From Octopus sinensis (lineage: Eukaryota): a stretch of 19,218 nucleotides of DNA. This document shows, piece by piece, positions 16,947-19,218 of this stretch. The stretch covers positions 1-19,218 of the forward strand of contig NW_021824310.1 of the NCBI RefSeq assembly GCF_006345805.1, given 5' to 3'. Position 1 is the first letter of the stretch. Every line of letters starts with the position of its first letter. A program made the position numbers and the translations under genes. The notes under the pieces are model-generated. The model did not search any database and was not told the DNA's origin. It saw only the letters and a program-made list of their open reading frames with translations.

Positions 16947-17012
16947 AGGCGGCAAGCTGGCAGAATTGAGAACACACCGGACAAAATACTTAGCGACATT
17001 TCCTTCGTGTTT
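16947..17012 (+). mobile_element. SINE family B head fragment
   Basis: AGGCGGCAAGCTGGCAGAATTGAGAACACACCGGACAAAATACTTAGCGACATTTC aligns with 11979-12030. Confidence 0.75.
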
Positions 17013-17083
17013 AAATACTGACCCAATATTAGTTAACTATAGCTGGGTGGTTTTCCTTCATATTCTTGTAAGACAGGACAATT

Positions 17084-17144
17084 TATTCGACTAAAATGCG
17101 GTGATCCAACATGGCCGCGGGGAAACAAGTAAAAGAGTAAAAGA
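17084..17144 (+). mobile_element. SINE family A 3'-tail fragment
   Basis: TCGACTAAAATGCGGTGATCCAACATGGCCGC...GAAACAAGTAAAAGAGTAAAAGA matches 6094-6158. Confidence 0.8.
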
Positions 17145-17809
17145 ATAAAAAAATTGTAGAATATGTGCAACAATATCTGAGATCATAACAGAAATGTTAT
17201 GATTTATACGGAAAATTGGACGTGTAGAAATTCCCATTTGGTGTACGTAGTAAAAAGCACCAAACACAACTTGGTTGTACAACAGAAAAATGGAACAAAA
17301 GGTTCAATGGACACAGATATTACGACAGACACGATAACAGTTCGACAGAACGTGCCGAGCATTTTACATCTGCAAAATATCTTTTACGGCTGAACTTTAC
17401 AGCTGCAAAATATATTTTCAGAAAATATTCTGAATCTGCTATACTTTCAGTCCCCAGAAAGCATGCGGTAAAAAATATTTTTGTGAGTTATTAACATCAC
17501 GGCCTGAATGTATGATCAAAACGACCGATGAATTTCATCATATTTGCACAAAACTGATTAAATATTCTTCATTTTCTTCTTCTTTTCTTTCACTCTTTCT
17601 TTTCTTTCTTTTTTCTTTTTCTTTTTCTTTTGCTATTCACAAAAAAGAAGACGGCATTCCGTCAAAGTGGAAACGCAGGTTACCCTCTTTCAAACTTTCG
17701 AATTTGAATTTCTATAATTTTGAACTCGACAATGACGGGCAAGCTGTCGAAATATCGTCCAAACCAATAAAATATGTATTGCAATCGCATCACGCATTTT
17801 GTATTGTCT

Positions 17810-17871
17810 AATAATAATAATATAATAATAACAACAACAACAATGATAACAACAAGAACAACAACAACAAC

Positions 17872-17915
<44 letters not shown>

Positions 17916-17983
17916 TAATAATAATAATAATAATAATATAATAATAATAATAATAATAATAAAACAATTACAATAACGATAAC

Positions 17984-18044
<61 letters not shown>

Positions 18045-18050
18045 TAATAA
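17810..18050. repeat. (AAT)n/(AAC)n microsatellite
   Basis: Direct reading. Confidence 0.95.
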
Positions 18051-18051
18051 T

Positions 18052-18238
18052 TTTGAAACCAACAAATTTCTTATGTTTTCTTAAACATTCACTAGAACAA
18101 TATTTTGTGCAAGACCAAATATATGGCACCCTATTCATAATGCCAACTTGAACATTTAAATTGTTGTCTCTTGATCTCTGGATGAGACTTGGAGTCAAAG
18201 TGTAGAAATACAAAGCAAAAGTCAAACAAATAAAAATA
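18052..18238 (+). mobile_element. Probable 3' UTR remnant of an R4/Dong-like element within an (AAT)n tract
   Basis: Non-repetitive block between (AAT)n and AATAAT(GAT)n, ending TCTCTGGATGAGACTTGGAG...CAAAGCAAAAGTCAAACA. I recall this as the 3' end of octopus RLE-type LINEs. There is no second copy in the window to confirm it. Confidence 0.45.
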
Positions 18239-18239
18239 T

Positions 18240-18244
18240 TAATA

Positions 18245-18283
<39 letters not shown>
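18240..18283. repeat. (AAT)/(GAT)n microsatellite
   Basis: Direct reading. Confidence 0.9.
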
Positions 18284-18285
<2 letters not shown>

Positions 18286-18507
18286 TATAAATATAGTTAA
18301 AATTCAAATCTAAATATTTTTTTGAAAATATATCTATGGAAATTATTTTCTGGTAAATATGTCAGAAATCGATAAATAATTGTCACCTGAACTTTAGTAT
18401 CTTTCGAAAATCATAATGATTAGGTTGAGTGAAACGAAGGCATTGAAGCAATCACGATCTATATTAATTAGCAAATTAGCAATTAATGCGGTTTGATATT
18501 TGGCAAG

Positions 18508-18780
18508 ATATGTATATATATACACATATATATATATATATATGTATAGACAGAGAAATAGATTGCTAGATAGATATAGATATATACACATATATAAGTA
18601 AATAATATATATATAAATAATATATTATATATATATACATATGTATGTATATATATATATATGCATATACAAACATATATATGCATATATGCACACACAC
18701 AAACACATGCATATATATCTATGTACATATATATGTGTGTGTGTGTGTGTCAATCCGTGTGTGTGTGTCTGAGTGTGTTT
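18508..18780. repeat. (TA)n/(TG)n compound microsatellite
   Basis: Direct reading. Confidence 0.9.
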
Positions 18781-19039
18781 ATTGATGTCTATATATTTTG
18801 TGAATATATAATTTTACTGAATTGTTAATTATGAGGTGTGTTTTTTTAATGAAAATGTATATTTCTTGAATGTATTTACATATATACTATACATAGACAA
18901 AAATGAACACACAGACAATTTTACATGCTTTCAAGAATACTCCTACCTGTACCAACTAACAGGTAAGATTGAAACTATAAAATATTCCTCACACAAATAT
19001 ACGTGCAGACCCAGACTCTTGTACGTGTGTATAAATCCA

Positions 19040-19187
19040 CACATTCACACACACACACACACAGGCACATGTATAAATATTAATATATATGCATGTGTAT
19101 AGATGCATATATATACATGTACGTACATATATATACCTATATATATATATAACATATACATATATATATATACATAATATACATATA

Positions 19188-19218
<31 letters not shown>
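19040..19218. repeat. (CA)n/(TA)n microsatellite running to window edge
   Basis: Direct reading. Confidence 0.9.

Overview
Animal (eukaryotic) non-coding DNA, most likely from an octopus. That assignment comes from recognising the SINE families and the extreme microsatellite load from memory, not from a search. I find no credible intact protein-coding gene: almost every listed ORF is a read-through of (GAT)n, (AAT)n, (TA)n or (GA)n repeats. The only recognisable protein sequence is decayed retrotransposon: a CR1/L2-like LINE 3' end (4843-5438, minus) and two R4/Dong-like restriction-like endonuclease (RLE) C-terminal fragments (11415-11922). The window also holds three tRNA-derived SINE families in more than 12 copies or fragments (two insertions with clear target-site duplications, TSDs), a ~556-bp non-coding element sitting in (AAT)n tracts (2 copies), a spacerless palindromic MITE-like element, and three degenerate minisatellites. 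The best leads are: (i) a ~20-unit minisatellite (13907-14469) made of overlapping STAT/GAS and NF-kB-type motifs; (ii) direct evidence of a SINE-LINE shared, structured 3' tail; (iii) a group of (AAT)n-associated elements; (iv) CpG-rich promoter-like islands at ~9.0-9.3 kb and ~10.3-10.6 kb, with a marginal miR-125-like hairpin next to the first. None of these is established as a new system from sequence alone.
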